Assembly (NCBI GenBank): GCA_048939765.1
Contig: JBHLPF010000020.1
Location: 4,527 to 68,526 of the forward strand
Direction: 5' to 3'
Source: Promethearchaeota archaeon
GTDB lineage: Archaea; Asgardarchaeota; Thorarchaeia; Thorarchaeales; Thorarchaeaceae
Length of the DNA stretch: 64,000 nucleotides
The position numbers were made by a program, and so were the translations under genes. The notes beneath the pieces are model-generated. The model had not been told where the DNA came from and did no database searches. It worked only from the letters and a program-made list of their open reading frames with translations. Positions 58,860 through 64,000 of this stretch are shown piece after piece (position 1 is the stretch's first letter; each line of letters starts with the position of its first letter).

Positions 58860-59600
58860 ATGCAACTGAATAAGACAGATGAAAATTGGTTATTGTCATC
58901 AGTGAAAAAAGCTTGGCAAGTAGCTAGACACAATGCTTCGAAAGGTAATATTTGGACAGAGAGGGACCTCATTTGTTTATTTTATGGAGGAATGCGAGAA
59001 CTCGTGGAGCAGAGAGTAGATAATCCAATAAACACTCTTGGAGATATGCGCCTCTATACAGAAGTCATCATCTACCCAAAGAACCCAAAATACCGGGGAG
59101 AGAATAGAAAGCTGGATTTGATATTGGCACAGGTTTCTTCCGCAAAAATACCACAACCAAAAGCTATCATCGCAGCATTGGAATTCAAATTCGCTTGGGA
59201 TTATGGAAGGGCCAATATTGAAAAAAAAGTAAGAAAAGACATATGGAAATTATCTGATGGGAATGAGGATTGGACAATTTGGGGTATTGACAAGCATTCT
59301 GCAAGAACTGATTATGTGTTCTTTGGACTTGTGGCAGACAATTGGAAAGAGCATATTCACGGGAGTGCAATAAATCCCTATCAAGATGGAATTCTCCACC
59401 CAAATGGAGTTGCCTATTATTCAAAAAAAGGATTAAACGAAAACCCGGTCCCAAGTATCTCAGACAAGAAAGCATGGTTGAATTACTTTGAACTTCACGG
59501 ACCATTCTCGGTGAAACAGGATGAAGACTATATTCTCAGTGACGACTGCAAATGGTTGCTGTTCCGTATAGACAACTCTGGAAAGAGACATGATGTGTAG
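58860..59600 (+). CDS. Hypothetical protein, PD-(D/E)xK nuclease-like
   Basis: TERDL...KLDLIL...ALEFKF...KDIWKL pattern; visibly AT-rich. Confidence 0.55.
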   Translation: MQLNKTDENWLLSSVKKAWQVARHNASKGNIWTERDLICLFYGGMRELVEQRVDNPINTLGDMRLYTEVIIYPKNPKYRGENRKLDLILAQVSSAKIPQPKAIIAALEFKFAWDYGRANIEKKVRKDIWKLSDGNEDWTIWGIDKHSARTDYVFFGLVADNWKEHIHGSAINPYQDGILHPNGVAYYSKKGLNENPVPSISDKKAWLNYFELHGPFSVKQDEDYILSDDCKWLLFRIDNSGKRHDV

Positions 59601-59646
59601 TCTGACTAAACCGAAAGAAGCAGTTCTACTAATGGATAGATCTACT

Positions 59647-59745
59647 GAAATGAAAGGGTGCTCAGCAATGTGAGAAGGGCATTTCCCCAATACTCTATCT
59701 CACCGCCGCCTACACTTCTCTTTACCTTAGAAGGTAAAGAAGCTT
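59647..59745 (-). repeat. Native 16S pre-rRNA 3' trailer (processing-stem strand, hairpin and U-rich end)
   Basis: Complementary to leader segments 61336-61359 and 61385-61397; CUUUACCUU-CU-AAGGUAAAG hairpin right after the 16S. Confidence 0.85.
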
Positions 59746-61247
<1,502 letters not shown>

Positions 61248-61559
61248 TGATCACAATCATACACCTTAGCAAGGTAGACCTGAGTAGTAGAAGGTCTAGT
61301 GTATGACTCTTTTACACACATGAACTTAGCTTGATGAAGTACAGGCGTAACGGGGATAGTTGGTGAACTTACCCAATTAACCTGCACACTGCTGAGCGTA
61401 TCTTAGACAAGAGGGGATTCCAGCACAGTCGCACTGGTCTATCTCGTGTCCGCATCTTATTCTCGCGCCTGGAAATCGCGGACCATCATCGCTTGGCACT
61501 CGCCGACAGCATCAGGTCTGACACCGTTAGGGCGCGAAGGCACCATCAATCCCGCGGCA

Positions 61560-61580
61560 TCCGAATAAAAAGCTTTCCAA
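61560..61580 (-). promoter_or_regulatory. Probable 16S promoter (BRE/TATA)
   Basis: Minus strand GGAAAGCTTTTATT about 320 nt upstream of the mature 5' end, followed by a structured leader. Confidence 0.45.
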
Positions 61581-61643
61581 GGGTCCACTGTTTCAGCCCC
61601 CTTAGTGTAAATTAAAACACAACGAAGGACCCCTAGCGCATTA

Positions 61644-62678
61644 TTAGGTTGCCATCGCTTCTCCTGGAGCCTTTTCCCGACCCACGAAACCAACTATACT
61701 GACTAGCAATAGCAGGGTTGGTCCAACGATTAATCCGGACCAGGTGAAAACGGCAAGGCCAGAGAACAAAGCTAGTTTCAGGATACTGCCAGAGTCATTC
61801 TTCCACCCGGTCTTAAGAGCCCTCAGCGTAGCTATGCCAATTAATATCGGGAATGATGCGAAGAGTAGCGTTACTACCACCTGAGCGTTTGCAGTAACTT
61901 GAAGCAAGGCCCAGACCATCTGGTACAGAAGTGCCATTCCACTACCAATGAGCAGGAGCCCGGAGATGACACCAGCCCATGTCAGAGCGTCATTCTCGAT
62001 TCCTTTTTCTTCACCTCTTCTTGAGTAGAAGATGATGCCAAGAATGACAGTAATGAGCCAAGGAGATAGGATGGCCAAAATGTGCTGCCCTTCCCATAGA
62101 TGGATTGATATTACATTGAAAGCCACAAGAATCCACTCATCAAATGTGAACTCCTCTTGGAACCCAATAGCAAGGGCATATCTCTCATGTTCTGCCTCGT
62201 CATAGATTGCCAAGTAGTATGTCCCGGTTTCAGGAACTGTGGTGTCAATGTCAAGGATTTCGAAAAAGGCAGAGGGTGTGAACCCCTCATACTCTTGAAG
62301 GAGTGAAAGGTCATCGTAGATCACATAGCCTGCACCTTGGGGCATCTCGAAGTAGTCTGGAGCTGGAGTAGTATTAGCTATTCCCGGCCCTATTAGAATA
62401 AGAATGGGCCGAAACGCTGAGGCCTCTAGTTCTGCAGGTAAGTTCAGTATGAGCCGTAGTCGATCTCCAGCACTCATATCAAATGTGTAATAGTGAGCTT
62501 CACCGGCTTCATGTAGCTCATGATACATGACCCAAGACTTCAAGGGGTCCTCTATTTCTAGTGCTGTGTCAAGACTGCTACCCGGTTCACCTCCCACTGG
62601 CACATGTGCGGTAGCACCTTGGGCAAGAATGAGGAGGGTCACAGCTGCAGCTAAGAGCAAAACAAATTGTTTTCGCAT
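61644..62678 (-). CDS. Exported PPC-like domain protein with C-terminal TM helices
   Basis: Signal peptide ..ATAHVP; HYYTF and GTYYLAI motifs; C-terminal TM segments. Confidence 0.7.
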   Translation of the reverse strand: MRKQFVLLLAAAVTLLILAQGATAHVPVGGEPGSSLDTALEIEDPLKSWVMYHELHEAGEAHYYTFDMSAGDRLRLILNLPAELEASAFRPILILIGPGIANTTPAPDYFEMPQGAGYVIYDDLSLLQEYEGFTPSAFFEILDIDTTVPETGTYYLAIYDEAEHERYALAIGFQEEFTFDEWILVAFNVISIHLWEGQHILAILSPWLITVILGIIFYSRRGEEKGIENDALTWAGVISGLLLIGSGMALLYQMVWALLQVTANAQVVVTLLFASFPILIGIATLRALKTGWKNDSGSILKLALFSGLAVFTWSGLIVGPTLLLLVSIVGFVGREKAPGEAMAT

Positions 62679-63114
62679 AATATTTCCATTAATTATTGTT
62701 AATATAAGAGGTTTGTTATTGGTATCAACAGGAGAAACTGGTCGATTTCAACATGGGCTAGGCAAAGCGAGTACTGGTCAATGAGTAATACTTCAATAGA
62801 ATAAGAGGTGATGGAAGGGCGGGGCGGGAACCCCGCCTTTCATTCGCAGAGCCTGAAGGTTATGGCTGCTGCACGCAGTTGTCGAGCTTCTTCCATCATA
62901 TTTGTGTATCAGAATTATGAATCCTTGGTATAAAGGCAGGATGAACGATAACTCTGTATGATTCGTCTAGCAAGACTCTCCGCAGAATATGGCGGAAAAC
63001 TGGAAAATCGCATCCTAGCAGCAGGGATTAATCACCAATTCACTCAATTGTCATGGATGAATCATCCAATCACAATAAAGATGCAAGAGGAAAGTCTAGG
63101 ACAGGCGCACACCA

Positions 63115-63747
63115 ATGCAGGCAGAATGGCTCCCATTAATCAGACTCGATCTGCTCTTTGAGAGCGTCAGTGGCGTCATCGCCATGATAATTGCTTACTA
63201 TGCAACGAAAGCATACAATCTGACAGAGCAGAAGCGACTCTCAGACCTCTCGACTGGTTTCTTGGTCCTTTCAATAGGCATGTTCAGTCATGTCATTGGT
63301 ACTTGGTACTTCTTTGTGAGTCTTAGAATTGAAGGATCTGTGAGCCCAGCGCCAGGAACGACAATGACTGTAGTCACTCTCGCTTATCATTTTCTGCAGA
63401 TCATGGCATACTTGCTATTTGTAGTTTCTACTAGAAGAGGTGGGAGAGCCCAACAACCCGAAATGGCATTGCTCATGGCATTGCCCATTCTGATTGATGT
63501 TGATCTTGAGCTGATCACGATCTTTCTGATTCTGGTCGTTGTTCTGCAAGCATTACTGAACTATGCCACTGTAAGGAGCCGATTTGCGTTCTATGTTCTT
63601 GGGGGATTCTTTCTCATCTTCTTAAGTCATATTTCGCTCCTTACAGCTGGAGATAGCGTCTTTAGATATCTCGTGAGTCAGGCTCTGCAACTCCTAGGCT
63701 TCTTGACACTCTTGCTAATGGTGTATAAGGTAGGCCGAGTGGAATGA
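63115..63747 (+). CDS. Polytopic membrane protein
   Basis: 6-7 TM segments. Confidence 0.7.
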   Translation: MQAEWLPLIRLDLLFESVSGVIAMIIAYYATKAYNLTEQKRLSDLSTGFLVLSIGMFSHVIGTWYFFVSLRIEGSVSPAPGTTMTVVTLAYHFLQIMAYLLFVVSTRRGGRAQQPEMALLMALPILIDVDLELITIFLILVVVLQALLNYATVRSRFAFYVLGGFFLIFLSHISLLTAGDSVFRYLVSQALQLLGFLTLLLMVYKVGRVE

Positions 63748-64000
63748 GTAGAAAACGGGCTTATCGCTCCAAAATGCGCATCCTCGCGGACATGATGCGT
63801 GCCATCCAGAGAGAGGGTGATGAAGGAGCAGGCCCAACAAAAATACTCTATGCCGCCAATCTTTCCCATGACAGGTTGACTCAGTATCTTGACGAGCTCG
63901 TCGAAAAGGAACTTGTAATCGTAACAGGCAATGGTGACAGCAACAGAGTTTATCATCTCACGGACAAGGGACGAGATTTCTTACGAGAATTTGTTAAGAT
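63744..64000 (+). CDS. Winged-helix transcriptional regulator (COG3432-like), runs off the window end
   Basis: MSRKRAYRSKMRILADMM...PTKILYAANLS...YLDELV...YHLTDKGREFL. Confidence 0.8.
   Translation, partial: MSRKRAYRSKMRILADMMRAIQREGDEGAGPTKILYAANLSHDRLTQYLDELVEKELVIVTGNGDSNRVYHLTDKGRDFLREFVK

Noticed and set aside
52013-59734. CRISPR array or IS/MITE interpretation of the repeats
   Set aside because: Units are ~85 nt with gene-sized spacers, have no terminal inverted repeats or evident target duplications, and match the 16S trailer; no cas or transposase genes are seen
62812-62845. GC-rich hairpin GGCGGGG-CGGGAA-CCCCGCC-TTTT as possible tRNA
   Set aside because: No cloverleaf or T-loop; at most an isolated terminator-like hairpin

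Overview
Archaeal chromosomal window, most likely from an Asgard archaeon (Thorarchaeia-like, inferred from an archaeal 16S rRNA not linked to 23S, a Rab/Ras-like GTPase and a PARP-type zinc-finger protein). Housekeeping content: Moco/W-cofactor biosynthesis with TupABC (6.8-13.3 kb), an 8-gene HdrABC/MvhD cluster (23.7-32.7 kb), CdhAB, an NAD(P)-type Mtd fusion, a NiFe hydrogenase operon and a 16S rRNA gene on the minus strand (59746-61247). The most striking observations are: (1) the ~85-nt 3' trailer of the 16S pre-rRNA, which pairs with the leader to form the processing stem, is copied 7 more times downstream of the 16S; the copies separate accessory gene cassettes (GNAT, M24 peptidase, Acr3/ArsR, ABC, YdeI, nuclease-like ORF) and one copy still carries a piece of the 16S 3' end, suggesting an rRNA-anchored gene-capture array with no integrase in view; (2) a winged-HTH domain is fused to a complete HdrA-ferredoxin-MvhD protein, co-transcribed with a NiFe hydrogenase that lacks the proton-transfer Glu and bracketed by a shared palindrome, a candidate H2/redox-sensing regulator; (3) an unannotated tandem pair of micropeptides, one poly-Asp/Trp and one poly-Lys/Ala/Pro; (4) an RHH/AbrB/zf-PARP module with phased TGTATACA operators; (5) several other palindromic regulon motifs, a candidate K-loop ncRNA and a GTPase that appears to need a non-canonical ATC start.
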